Positions 20,491 through 29,617 are shown, counted from the first letter of the stretch. The stretch is 59,147 nucleotides of DNA from Pelagibacteraceae bacterium (GCA_017640265.1 JAGFVZ010000001.1:1-59147), one strand, 5' to 3'. Notes: generated by a model not told the origin, from the sequence alone. Numbers and translations: made by a program.

Positions 20491-20522
20491 GAAAAAATAA
20501 CTATCACTTTTTGGTTGTTTTT

Positions 20523-21668
20523 TTAATACTCTGTCAGTTGTGTGGATAAATTTTCATTTACGGTTTTGTCAATCCAACCTCCTCCAAGAACTCTTTCTCC
20601 AAAATTATCTTTGTAATAAAACACGCAAGCTTGTCCTGGGGATATACCTTTTTCGCCTTGTAAGATTTCAATTACTGCTGAGTCTGTTTTAATTATGGAT
20701 TTGGCTTTAAGCAATCTTCCAGTAGATCTTACTTTAATAAAAATTTCTTTATCAAATATTTTTTTATCAGATAGAAAATTCATATTTCTTAAATATAATT
20801 TTTTTATATTTAAATATTCCTGTGGACCTACAATAATAGAATTTTCTTTAGTTTTTATATCAACAACATAAAGTGGTTCCTGATTTGAAATCTTAATGCC
20901 TCTTCTTTGCCCAATCGTATAGTTTATAATTCCATCATGGGAACCCAATTTTTTTCCTTTTACATCAAAGATATCGCCACTTTTGAAAGATTCTGGCCTA
21001 TATCTTTTTATTACAGAACTATAATCTCCATTAGGAACAAAACAAATATCTTGACTGTCTGGTTTTGTAGCCACATTAAGATTAAGTTTTTCCGCTATAT
21101 TTCTAGTCTCAGACTTACTGATTGATCCGAGTGGAAATCTTAAATAATCTAGTTGCTCTTGCGTTGTACTAAATAAAAAATAACTTTGATCCCGATCTTT
21201 ATCTTCTGCACGATACATTGAACCTTTGCCATTATCTTCACGCCTTAGTACATAATGACCTGTTACCAAAGCATCTGCCTTCATTTCTTTCGAAAATTGA
21301 AATAAATCTCTAAACTTAACCGTTTGATTACATTGAACACAGGGTATAGGTGTCTCTCCAGCTACATAGCTATCAATAAAAGAGTCTATTACTTCTGCTT
21401 TAAATTTTTTTTGGTAGTATAAAATTCTATGTTGAATATTTAATTGCTCACACACTCTTTTAGCGTCAACAATATCTTGTCCAGCACAGCACTGTCTTCC
21501 ATTGCTCGGGGATTTGGCATCATCGTATAATTTAAGCGTTATTCCAGTTACATTATATCCTTGCTCTTTCATTAAGCCTGCAACAACGGACGAATCGACT
21601 CCACCTGACATAGCCACGACTACTTTTGTGTCTTTAGGTAATTTTTTTATACCTAGTGAGTTAATCAT
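20523..21668 (-). CDS. mnmA: tRNA 2-thiouridine(34) synthase
   Basis: PP-loop [13 protein letters not shown], conserved CCAGQD and PCVQCN cysteines, 381 aa. Confidence 0.93.
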   Translation of the reverse strand: MINSLGIKKLPKDTKVVVAMSGGVDSSVVAGLMKEQGYNVTGITLKLYDDAKSPSNGRQCCAGQDIVDAKRVCEQLNIQHRILYYQKKFKAEVIDSFIDSYVAGETPIPCVQCNQTVKFRDLFQFSKEMKADALVTGHYVLRREDNGKGSMYRAEDKDRDQSYFLFSTTQEQLDYLRFPLGSISKSETRNIAEKLNLNVATKPDSQDICFVPNGDYSSVIKRYRPESFKSGDIFDVKGKKLGSHDGIINYTIGQRRGIKISNQEPLYVVDIKTKENSIIVGPQEYLNIKKLYLRNMNFLSDKKIFDKEIFIKVRSTGRLLKAKSIIKTDSAVIEILQGEKGISPGQACVFYYKDNFGERVLGGGWIDKTVNENLSTQLTEY

Positions 21669-21706
21669 AACCTGTTATATATTATAAAAAAATAAAACTT
21701 TCCATT

Positions 21707-21883
21707 ATGCAATATGATCTAGAACCAGGAAATTTCGTTAGACACCCAAAAGAAAGAAGTTGGGGAATCGGCCAAGTTCAATCAATCATAAAAAATAGGG
21801 TAACTGTTAATTTTCAACACTCTGGCAAAAAAGTAATTAATTCGGACAATATTAGACTAGAAAAAGTGAATGATGAACAATAA
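21707..21883 (+). CDS. Small conserved-looking protein, DUF3553-like (58 aa)
   Basis: Hand translation gives MQYDLEPGNFVRHPKERSWGIGQVQSIIKNRVTVNFQHSGKKVINSDNIRLEKVNDEQ. It fills the mnmA/cysQ-like spacer and overlaps the next gene's start by 14 nt. It is below the ORF-track cutoff. Confidence 0.55.
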   Translation: MQYDLEPGNFVRHPKERSWGIGQVQSIIKNRVTVNFQHSGKKVINSDNIRLEKVNDEQ

Positions 21884-22724
21884 AGATTTAAAAGTTATAG
21901 CTGAAGGTCTTATCGCGACTATGGAAAGCGCTGGAAATAAATCTATTAAAATTCAAAATGAAGGTTTAAAAACCACCATTAAAAAAGATGGATCTCCAGT
22001 TACCAATGGTGATTTGGAAGTTAATAAAATTCTTACAGAAAAAATTAGTCAGTTAACACCTGGTATTCCTATTATATCTGAAGAGACAGTTGATTTAAAA
22101 AAGAAAAATAAATTAAATACATTTTGGCTCATAGATCCTATCGATGGAACCAAAGAATATATTGCAGGTAAAGATGAGTACACTTTAAATGCTGGATTAA
22201 TAATTGATAATTTGCCAGCTATTGGTTTGGTTGGTGTGCCTAAAAAAAAAAGATTATTTTACTCTTATGGGAAAAGTAATTCATATTTAATTGACCAAGG
22301 TAAAACTATAAGATTGAGCTGTGAAAAAAAAACTCCAAAAGGGAAAGTGGTGGCAGTAGTAAATGGTATGAGTCAGCCACCAAAAATTATAAATTTATTA
22401 CAAAAATATGGTGTAACCAATTGGTATAAATTAAGTAGCTCATATAAATTTTGTGTCATTGCTGCAGGAGAGGTTGACCTTTATGCTTCCATGGAAAGAG
22501 CTCATGAGTGGGATTATGCTGCTGGTCATGCAATAGCTGAACATGCTGGGGCGATTATTACTACTCTCGAAAATAAAGAATTCAAATACGGAAAAGAAGA
22601 TTATAAGAATTTAAGTCTTCTCATTAGACGTAGTAAAGTATTAAAAGATAAATATCATGATCCCAATAATGTACTTTCAGGCCGTTTATTAGATGACGCT
22701 TTGTATCTGAAGAGAAATGATTAA
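21870..22724 (+). CDS. cysQ: Inositol-monophosphatase-family phosphatase, likely 3'(2'),5'-bisphosphate nucleotidase
   Basis: IMPase motifs ISEET and WLIDPIDGTKEY, and a C-terminal WDYAAGHAI. Confidence 0.8.
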   Translation: MMNNKDLKVIAEGLIATMESAGNKSIKIQNEGLKTTIKKDGSPVTNGDLEVNKILTEKISQLTPGIPIISEETVDLKKKNKLNTFWLIDPIDGTKEYIAGKDEYTLNAGLIIDNLPAIGLVGVPKKKRLFYSYGKSNSYLIDQGKTIRLSCEKKTPKGKVVAVVNGMSQPPKIINLLQKYGVTNWYKLSSSYKFCVIAAGEVDLYASMERAHEWDYAAGHAIAEHAGAIITTLENKEFKYGKEDYKNLSLLIRRSKVLKDKYHDPNNVLSGRLLDDALYLKRND

Positions 22725-22854
22725 AACAATATCTATAATCATTCTTTCGGTATCCTTATTTGGTTTAATTTTTTTTATCATCGTAAAAAATTCTATGAAA
22801 AAAAGAATTGATTATTATCTGAAACTAAATAAAAAAAAGAGAAAATCTAAATAA
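22717..22854 (+). CDS. Candidate 45-aa single-pass membrane micro-protein (hypothetical)
   Basis: MIKTISIIILSVSLFGLIFFIIVKNSMKKRIDYYLKLNKKKRKSK: one TM segment plus a basic tail. The ATG overlaps the upstream stop by 8 nt. It occupies an otherwise empty spacer. Confidence 0.3.
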   Translation: MIKTISIIILSVSLFGLIFFIIVKNSMKKRIDYYLKLNKKKRKSK

Positions 22855-23425
22855 GTTTCAAGAATTGATTAAATTCCTTATTGCTCATAGCCAAAATTTT
22901 CTTTGAGATATCGTAGCCAAATCCAGATCTAGCTAAAATTCCCATATCCTTTTTATAAAAAAGCTCCCTATTACTTTCAGGTCGCATAGGTCCTATTCTT
23001 TTTTTTTTACAAGTTTTAACTGCTGATACAAAATCAGGATCTGATTTTTCATTTTTTATTTTTTCTATACTAAGTTTAATATTTTTTTGATCTATCCCTT
23101 TGCTCTTTAAAGAATAAATAATTTTCCTCAAAGAATAACCTCTGCGGAAAAACATTCTGGCTTTAGAATCGGAATACAGACTGTCGTTTAAAAAACGATT
23201 TTTTTCTAAATTCGATATAATATTATCTATTATTTTTGATATTTCTTTTTTTGCTTTAGAACCCTGGAATTTTTTTAAATATTTTTTTAACAGATAGATT
23301 TTTATTTGTTGTTTTGACGGATTATATTTTTCAATATATGAGTAAGCTAAATCCCTGAGATTAGCGGTTAAATCCTCAAATTCTTTTTTGTTTGATATTG
23401 GATCCATTGCTTTTATATTATACAA
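22847..23425 (-). CDS. recX: RecX-family regulatory protein
   Basis: 192-aa helical-repeat protein of RecX-like length and composition. The assignment rests on overall resemblance only. An alternative start lies at 23407. Confidence 0.55.
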   Translation of the reverse strand: MYNIKAMDPISNKKEFEDLTANLRDLAYSYIEKYNPSKQQIKIYLLKKYLKKFQGSKAKKEISKIIDNIISNLEKNRFLNDSLYSDSKARMFFRRGYSLRKIIYSLKSKGIDQKNIKLSIEKIKNEKSDPDFVSAVKTCKKKRIGPMRPESNRELFYKKDMGILARSGFGYDISKKILAMSNKEFNQFLKLI

Positions 23426-23432
23426 GTTTTTT

Positions 23433-23903
23433 ATGATTAATGACCTGCTACAATTTTTAACTTATGAAAATATCTACTATATAGCAAATATAGGTGTTGT
23501 TCCTTGTTGGTTGTTATTAATTATTTTTCCAAATCACATAATTACTAAATTTTTTGTCAAATCTGTAATAATTCCTCTTTTGCTATCCACAGCTTATATT
23601 TTTATAGTTTATCAGATTTATATAACTGAAAATATTTTTGAAATTTTTAACCTTTATTTAGGTTTGGATGAACTTTATGCTCTATTTTCTAATGAGGCAT
23701 TTCTTTTAATCTTCTGGTTACATTTTTTATCAATAGGTCTTTTTGTGGGTAACTGGATTGCTAGTGATTCACAAATATACTCGATTTCAAAAATCTTTGT
23801 AATTATCTCATTAACTGTTACCTATTTTACCGGACCTGTAGGACTTGTTTTTTATTGGTTGATCAGAATTTTTTATTCAAAAAAAATTAATTATTATGAG
23901 TAA
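23433..23903 (+). CDS. Small integral membrane protein (DUF4281/ABA4-like)
   Basis: About 4 TM segments. I prefer the start at MINDLLQF (23433) over the alternative-codon start at 23388 that overlaps recX. Confidence 0.5.
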   Translation: MINDLLQFLTYENIYYIANIGVVPCWLLLIIFPNHIITKFFVKSVIIPLLLSTAYIFIVYQIYITENIFEIFNLYLGLDELYALFSNEAFLLIFWLHFLSIGLFVGNWIASDSQIYSISKIFVIISLTVTYFTGPVGLVFYWLIRIFYSKKINYYE

Positions 23904-24483
23904 ATCTATAGAATTTTATTTCGACTTCGGTAGTCCATATTCTTATATAGCTCACAAACAAATCCAAAAAGTAGAAAAAAAAAATACATTCAAAATTAAA
24001 TATATGCCTATCTGTTTAGGTGGATTACATAATTCTGCAGGAGTAACAGCTCCGGCTTTCATACCTATTAAAGCCAAATTTATGATAAGAGACACTAAGT
24101 TAGTCTCCGAAAAAAAAAATATTACGTTTAAGTTTAATTCTTATTTTCCAATCAAAACATTAAACTTAATGAGAGGCACGCTAATATCACAAGAGGATAA
24201 ATTCGAAAAATTGTATATTAAAAAAATTTTCGATGCTATTTGGAAAGATGGCCTCAATATGAACGATCAAATAATAATAGATAAAGTGATAAAAAATATG
24301 GATATAAACCCCAAAACATTTTTTTTAAGGGCTGCTGATATAAAAATAAAAAATAAGTTAAAAAAACTAACAGATGATGCGCTCCAAAAAGGAATATTTG
24401 GTGCACCTACCTTTCTGGTAGGTAATAAAATCTTTTGGGGGCAAGATAGATTATCTTATGCTGTAAATGAAGCTGAAAAATAA
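23896..24483 (+). CDS. DsbA-family thioredoxin-fold protein, 2-hydroxychromene-2-carboxylate isomerase-like
   Basis: N-terminal FYFDFGSPYSY motif and C-terminal GAPTFLVGNKIFWGQDRL, characteristic of the HCCA isomerase/DsbA-like family. Confidence 0.8.
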   Translation: MSKSIEFYFDFGSPYSYIAHKQIQKVEKKNTFKIKYMPICLGGLHNSAGVTAPAFIPIKAKFMIRDTKLVSEKKNITFKFNSYFPIKTLNLMRGTLISQEDKFEKLYIKKIFDAIWKDGLNMNDQIIIDKVIKNMDINPKTFFLRAADIKIKNKLKKLTDDALQKGIFGAPTFLVGNKIFWGQDRLSYAVNEAEK

Positions 24484-24488
24484 ATAAA

Positions 24489-25517
24489 ATGAGAGAAATT
24501 AAATCTAATAAAAACAACCCATTAAAAAAAATATTTATTAAATTATGTAGAATCTTTGGTTTTGAAATTATTGATCAAAGCAACTTTTATATCCCAACTT
24601 CAAATAAATCTCTTGATCAAAGTATAAGTATTCCTGGAAAAAGATCGATAAACTTACCTTTGGGCAAAGTTAATATTACAAGACCAGTCAAGTCTTTAGA
24701 CGTTATTTTAAGAACTTGCATGTCCGTCAATATGTTAACGCAATCAAAAAAAAGAATATTTGAAAAAAGCAAAGATGAATATACTAAACGAACTTTAATA
24801 TCAATAATCAAAAGTATAAATCATGCAAAGAATATATTTCAAAATGTAAGATTTAAGATTTTTGTTATCGATCATAATTCTGAAAAAAACCAAATCGAAA
24901 ATATGAGGAATATATTGGATGGTTCAGATATTAATTTTGAAATTTTGAATTTAAAATTAGAAGAATTTTCAAACCAAATTAAAAAAATAAATGAGGAAAA
25001 CAAGGAAGTAACGTCAAATCAAAAGTCCAATATGTCAAATATTCATAAATCTCTTTTACTTTCTAAAGAAAAAAGTGAAGATTTGGTCTATTTGATTGAA
25101 GATGATTATATCCATCAAAAAGATAGTATTTCGGAAATGTTGTACACCTATGAAAGAATGGCTTCGCTCACAAAAAAAGAGTTAATAATTTGTCCAACCG
25201 ATTATCCTTATTTATATACGCAAAGTGAAAATACGAAAATTTTTTTAGGTGAAAGAAGACATTGGCGTCAGGTAGACCAAACTTTATGCACTTTTTTAAC
25301 AAGTAAAAAAATAATCGAAAAATATTGGAATCAACTCACAAGTATGTGCAAATTTGAGCACTATCCTTTTGAGAAACCCCTGCATAATATTTACAAAGTT
25401 GAAACATGTATATCTCCAATTCCATCATTGGCAGTACATTTTACAAATATAAATTCAATTTATGGTTTGTCTCCAAATGTAAATTGGAAAAAATTATGGG
25501 AAGAAAATGAAAATTAA
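24489..25517 (+). CDS. Hypothetical protein with GT-A-like glycosyltransferase features
   Basis: 342 aa. LDVILRTC and FVIDHNS strands plus a LIEDDYIH acidic (DXD-like) motif suggest a GT-A fold. I recognise no closer family. Confidence 0.45.
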   Translation: MREIKSNKNNPLKKIFIKLCRIFGFEIIDQSNFYIPTSNKSLDQSISIPGKRSINLPLGKVNITRPVKSLDVILRTCMSVNMLTQSKKRIFEKSKDEYTKRTLISIIKSINHAKNIFQNVRFKIFVIDHNSEKNQIENMRNILDGSDINFEILNLKLEEFSNQIKKINEENKEVTSNQKSNMSNIHKSLLLSKEKSEDLVYLIEDDYIHQKDSISEMLYTYERMASLTKKELIICPTDYPYLYTQSENTKIFLGERRHWRQVDQTLCTFLTSKKIIEKYWNQLTSMCKFEHYPFEKPLHNIYKVETCISPIPSLAVHFTNINSIYGLSPNVNWKKLWEENEN

Positions 25518-25971
25518 AACAAACAAAAAAGCTCCAAATTTTAAGTTAGATTCGACAGCCTCAAACCCATTCGAATTATCAAAATCAAAAAATGCCCTGA
25601 TAATTTATTTTTACCCAAAAGACAACACTCCGGGATGTACTGTGGAGACCAAAGATTTTTCTAAACTCTACAAGAGGTTTAAAAGTTTGAAATATGAAGT
25701 TGTTGGTATTTCAAAAGATGATATAAAAAGTCACTTGGGCTTTAAGAAGAAATATAAAGTACCCTTCCAACTTTTATCAGATGAGAAAGTTCAAGTTCAA
25801 AAAAAATATGGCGTTTGGGGAATGAAATCCTTTTTGGGTAAAAAATTTATGGGAACAATAAGATCAACTATTGCAATAAATAAACACGGAAAAATTTTAA
25901 GAGTTTGGTCAAACGTTAGAGTAAAAAATCATGCACAAGAAGTCCTTGATTTTGTAAAATCACAAAAATAA
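25507..25971 (+). CDS. bcp: Thioredoxin-dependent thiol peroxidase (Bcp/PrxQ peroxiredoxin)
   Basis: 154 aa. The peroxidatic Cys motif is PKDNTPGCTVE. Confidence 0.9.
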   Translation: MKIKTNKKAPNFKLDSTASNPFELSKSKNALIIYFYPKDNTPGCTVETKDFSKLYKRFKSLKYEVVGISKDDIKSHLGFKKKYKVPFQLLSDEKVQVQKKYGVWGMKSFLGKKFMGTIRSTIAINKHGKILRVWSNVRVKNHAQEVLDFVKSQK

Positions 25972-25985
25972 AACAAATCGGCTCT

Positions 25986-26022
25986 AAACAACCCCTAAAA
26001 ATAATGATTTTAGGGATTGTTT
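25986..26022. terminator. Bidirectional hairpin terminator between convergent bcp and HU genes
   Basis: A 15-bp stem AAACAACCCCTAAAA / TTTTAGGGATTGTTT with one mismatch and a 7-nt loop. A/T runs flank it on both sides. Confidence 0.65.
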
Positions 26023-26031
26023 AAATTCCAA

Positions 26032-26307
26032 TTATTTATTGAACATTTCCTTTAAGCCTTTGGCTGGAAGGAACTTAACTTTCTGAGAAGCGTTAATTTG
26101 TATTTGTTCTCCAGTTCTAGGATTTCGACCTATTCTGGCCTTCCTCTTAGCAACCTTATAAGTGCCAAAACCTGCTATTTTTACAGCTTCGTCATTTTTA
26201 AGGCAATCCAGGATAATTTGCGTAATAGTATCAAACGTCCTTTCAGCATCAACCTTGCTTTGGTTCAGTGCAGCTGAGATCTTAGTAACTAGTTGTTTTT
26301 TATTCAT
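26032..26307 (-). CDS. hupB: Nucleoid-associated DNA-binding protein HU
   Basis: 91 aa. MNKKQLV.., and the arm GFGTYKVAKRKARIGRNPRTGEQIQI. Confidence 0.93.
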   Translation of the reverse strand: MNKKQLVTKISAALNQSKVDAERTFDTITQIILDCLKNDEAVKIAGFGTYKVAKRKARIGRNPRTGEQIQINASQKVKFLPAKGLKEMFNK

Positions 26308-26456
26308 TTTAGCCCCTTTTTATTACTTTTTTTGAATGTCTATAAAAATTCAATAAAATCAACGATAATTTAGTACCCTTTACACATATTAACACAACAT
26401 ATCGTATATATTAAAAAAATGTTGATTTTATTGGTTTTTTTAAGATTTTTACCTAT

Positions 26457-27566
26457 TTATTGAAATAAACCCCAGTCTTTTAGATCGTTAAAGGTTGCAA
26501 AAATCATTAGTGAAAGTAGTAAAAAAAGACCGATTCGAAAAAAACCTTCCTGGGTTTTTTGTTTTAAAGGTCTTCCTAGTATTTTTTCAAATAAAAAAAA
26601 CATTAAATGACCGCCGTCTAATAACGGTATTGGAAATAAATTTATGAGGCCAAGACTAATAGATATGTAAGCTATAACACTGAAAAAGGCTACGATTCCA
26701 AATTCTAAAACCTGTCCTGAAATTTTAACAATTTTTATTGGTCCGCCGAGCTGAGATACATCTCCTTTCCCTTTAAATAACGATCCAATAAATTTTATAG
26801 TCGTTTTTGATACAAACCAAGTCTCCTTAATCGAGTAGTATATTGCTTTGGTAGGACCTAATTTTTCTTTATTAAATTGGTTATTTATTGGTGCAATTTT
26901 AATTCCAATTATTTTTTTTTTAATAGAATTTCCAAAAGCGTCTTTTGCTTCAATGATTGTAGGTTCAGTGATAACTGTAATTTCTTTTTGGTTTCTCAAA
27001 ACTTTGATATTTATTTTATCTGAAGAAGCAGTATTTATATAAGTAGAAACTTCCAATATACTTTCAACTTTATTTTTATCAATAGAAACTATAATATCGT
27101 TTTTCTTCAATCCTGATTTCTCTGCTGGACTCTCTAACGCTACTTCGTCTATTTTTGCTGGCGTAAAATCTTTTCCAACAAACATATAGATTAATGAAAA
27201 AATTACAATTGCTAATATAAAATTTGCAAATGGTCCAGCAGCAACAATTAAAGCGCGTTGGTAAAGTGGTTTTGTAATAAATAATCTTTGTTGATCTTGT
27301 TTATTATATTTTTTTAAAATTTCTGCTTGCTCTGCTTGACTAAATACATTTCTATCTCCAAAAAATTTAACGTATCCTCCGAGAGGAATAAGACAAAATT
27401 TCCATTTAGTTCCATTTTTATCGTTAAATCCAAATATTTCTTTTCCAAATCCTATAGAAAAATCAGTTACACCAACGCCATATTTTTTTGCAAAATAATA
27501 GTGCCCATATTCATGTATAAATACTACTACTGTAATTAGTATAACAAAAGCAACGATATAATTCAT
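26457..27566 (-). CDS. rseP: RIP zinc metalloprotease RseP (site-2 protease, M50)
   Basis: HEYGHY (HExxH), a PDZ segment and NLFPIPLLDGGH. The ATG at 27566 overlaps the rhomboid stop as ATGA. Confidence 0.9.
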   Translation of the reverse strand: MNYIVAFVILITVVVFIHEYGHYYFAKKYGVGVTDFSIGFGKEIFGFNDKNGTKWKFCLIPLGGYVKFFGDRNVFSQAEQAEILKKYNKQDQQRLFITKPLYQRALIVAAGPFANFILAIVIFSLIYMFVGKDFTPAKIDEVALESPAEKSGLKKNDIIVSIDKNKVESILEVSTYINTASSDKINIKVLRNQKEITVITEPTIIEAKDAFGNSIKKKIIGIKIAPINNQFNKEKLGPTKAIYYSIKETWFVSKTTIKFIGSLFKGKGDVSQLGGPIKIVKISGQVLEFGIVAFFSVIAYISISLGLINLFPIPLLDGGHLMFFLFEKILGRPLKQKTQEGFFRIGLFLLLSLMIFATFNDLKDWGLFQ

Positions 27567-28297
27567 TGTTCCCAAGGCCCTTTATTTACTTTTTTTACTC
27601 CTTTAATTTTTGGTTTGTAACTTTTTTTATTAATTTTTTTATTAAAAAACAATATCAAAATTACACCTGAAATAAAACCGCCTATATGTGCTGCGTATGC
27701 CACGCCACCTCCAGAAGAAGAGGATAAAAAAGAATTTATAAATTGTAAAACAAACCAAAAGCCCAAAACATATAGTGCTCTAATTTTTATTAATTGGCTA
27801 AAAAAACCAAACGGAATCAAAACCAAAACTTTTGCGTTTGGATAATTAATTAAATATGCACCCAGAACACCGCCAATTGCTCCGCTAGCACCTATCATCG
27901 GAATTTGGGAATTAATATCCATTAATACTTGAGACATTGCTGCGCCTATTCCACAAATAAGATAAAAAATTACAAAATTTAAAATTCCCAAATCGTCTTC
28001 GATATTGTCAGCGAAAATCCACACGTATAACATATTGCCTATAAGATGCATCCATCCTCCATGCATAAACATTGATGTAAAAATAGTTCCTACGGGTGAA
28101 ATCTTAAAAAGATCATTTGGCAGTTGATCAATGCCCATTAAAACTGACGGTATTAGTCCATATGAATAAGTAAAATCACGCAGTTCACTTTCACTCAGTC
28201 CTAGTTGAGATAAAAATATGACAACACAAAAACCAATAATACAGTAACTTACAATTGGTTTTTTGTTTGTTGGGTTTTCGTCTTTTAACGGTATCAT
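27563..28297 (-). CDS. Rhomboid-family intramembrane serine protease
   Basis: The catalytic motif is GASGAIGGVLGAY, with a downstream AAHIGGF His. There are about 6 TM segments. Confidence 0.88.
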   Translation of the reverse strand: MIPLKDENPTNKKPIVSYCIIGFCVVIFLSQLGLSESELRDFTYSYGLIPSVLMGIDQLPNDLFKISPVGTIFTSMFMHGGWMHLIGNMLYVWIFADNIEDDLGILNFVIFYLICGIGAAMSQVLMDINSQIPMIGASGAIGGVLGAYLINYPNAKVLVLIPFGFFSQLIKIRALYVLGFWFVLQFINSFLSSSSGGGVAYAAHIGGFISGVILILFFNKKINKKSYKPKIKGVKKVNKGPWEQ

Positions 28298-28413
28298 TTT
28301 TTATTTATTATATAAAATTAGGCTTTTTATCATGCCTTTATGCCTAAAATCATGCATTTTTGTAATATTTTAAATATTTGATTTTATCAACTTATAATTG
28401 TAAAATTATCGTT

Positions 28414-28725
28414 ATGAGTGAGAAAATATCAACACTTCTTTCAGATGTCACAGTAAAGGGAAATATTGTGGAAAAGGAAAAATTAGTCACGGACTCAAAA
28501 ATTGAAGGTGATATAACGGCAGATCAATTACAAACTCACGAGGGAGCAAAAATAACTGGTAACATCAGTTCTTCAAAGGTAACTTTAGGAGGCTTCTCCA
28601 AAGGAAATATAAATGCAGATCAAATTAGAATCAGATCAACTGCAGATGTTGACGGGGTATTAAATCAAAAAAATCTTTCAGTAGAAGATGGGGCCAAGCT
28701 TAAAATAAAAACTGAAACATATTAA
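28414..28725 (+). CDS. Bactofilin-family cytoskeletal (polymer-forming) protein
   Basis: 103 aa of repetitive beta-helix-type periodicity (V.G.I......I.G.I). I chose the start MSEKIST at 28414. Confidence 0.65.
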   Translation: MSEKISTLLSDVTVKGNIVEKEKLVTDSKIEGDITADQLQTHEGAKITGNISSSKVTLGGFSKGNINADQIRIRSTADVDGVLNQKNLSVEDGAKLKIKTETY

Positions 28726-28726
28726 A

Positions 28727-29617
28727 TTAAAATTCCCATTCACTTATTTTACTAAACAAAAAATTTCTAAACGCCTTGACTTTAACAGAGTCTTTTAGCG
28801 ACGGAGGATATACAAAATGTGTTTCTGTTAAAGGACCTTCCACATCTGGAAGAATTTTAATAATATTTGGAATATTTATAGTCATATAATCTGGTAATGC
28901 AGCTAAACCAACTCCGCTTTGAACTGCAAGAAGTAATCCATAAACACTATTTACTTTCATAACAGGTTTTCTTTTCTTGTTATCTTTGGCACCTAATTTT
29001 AGTGCCCAATCAGGATTAAATACAGGTGAAGGAGCTCCTCTTCCATAAGTTATAAATTTATGTTTATTTAAATCTTTTATGTTTTTTGGATGACCAAATT
29101 TTTCCAAATACTTTGTTGAAGCATAAATATGATAATGAAGATCGATTAATTTTCTTTGGATATAATTTAGCTGTTTTGGTCTTCTCATAAAAATTCCGAT
29201 GTCCGCTTGACGTGTACTTAAGTCTAATTCTTTGTCATCAAAAATTAATTCAATTTCAATCTCTGGATGCATTCTCATAAACTCTTGAATTCTAGGAGTA
29301 AGCCAAGTAGTTCCAAAACTTACTACAGTAGTAATGGTTAATTTGCCATGAAGTTTATCTTTTTCATCTCCTAGTGCTGTTTCAATATCTTTTAGTTTTG
29401 ATATTACCTCGTGCGCAGTTTTATATAGGTATTCTCCATTGTCCGTAAGTACCAAACCTCTAGCATGTCTTTCGAATAGATGGATTTTTAAATCATTTTC
29501 TAATGACTGAATTTGTCGACTAATAGCTGATTGACTTAAATTTAGAATAACAGATGCTTTTGTAAAACTTCCAATCTCAGCAACGGTATGAAAAATTTTT
29601 AATTTATCCCAATCCAT
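28727..29617 (-). CDS. LysR-family transcriptional regulator
   Basis: N-terminal HTH FHTVAEIGSFTKASVILNLSQSAISRQIQSLE, 296 aa. It shares a TAATG overlap with the upstream reductase gene. Confidence 0.9.
   Translation of the reverse strand: MDWDKLKIFHTVAEIGSFTKASVILNLSQSAISRQIQSLENDLKIHLFERHARGLVLTDNGEYLYKTAHEVISKLKDIETALGDEKDKLHGKLTITTVVSFGTTWLTPRIQEFMRMHPEIEIELIFDDKELDLSTRQADIGIFMRRPKQLNYIQRKLIDLHYHIYASTKYLEKFGHPKNIKDLNKHKFITYGRGAPSPVFNPDWALKLGAKDNKKRKPVMKVNSVYGLLLAVQSGVGLAALPDYMTINIPNIIKILPDVEGPLTETHFVYPPSLKDSVKVKAFRNFLFSKISEWEF

Noticed and set aside
20206-20522. RNase P RNA on the minus strand, suggested by GAGGAAAGG at about 20424-20432 (minus-strand reading).
   Set aside because: The near-universal P4 sequence is GAGGAAAGUCC with a bulged U. 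Here the motif reads GAGGAAAGGCC and lies in the loop of a local 11-bp hairpin. I found no matching 3' P4 strand (ACAGAAnCCGGCUUA-like) and no AGGGUGAAA or GGUAA elements. The identity is left open pending a covariance-model search.
20206-20522. tmRNA (one-piece or alphaproteobacterial two-piece), suggested by the pseudoknot and by a short frame GCA GAA AAC GAG GGA CAG CAG UAC UAA whose stop lies in a hairpin loop.
   Set aside because: I found no tRNA-like domain: no GGUUCGAnUCC T-loop, no acceptor end ..CCACCA and no GGGG 5' strand. The putative tag (AENEGQQY) also lacks the usual hydrophobic ..AA C-terminus. I also saw no SRP helix-8 motif (GGAA tetraloop with AGCAGC).
26352-26432. A perfect 12-nt inverted repeat, AATAAAATCAAC ... 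GTTGATTTTATT, separated by 57 nt, between rseP and the HU gene.
   Set aside because: My rough estimate is that one or two such all-A/T-rich 12-mers are expected by chance in 59 kb at this composition. A 57-nt loop is atypical for a terminator. I note it only as a possible HU promoter-region structure.
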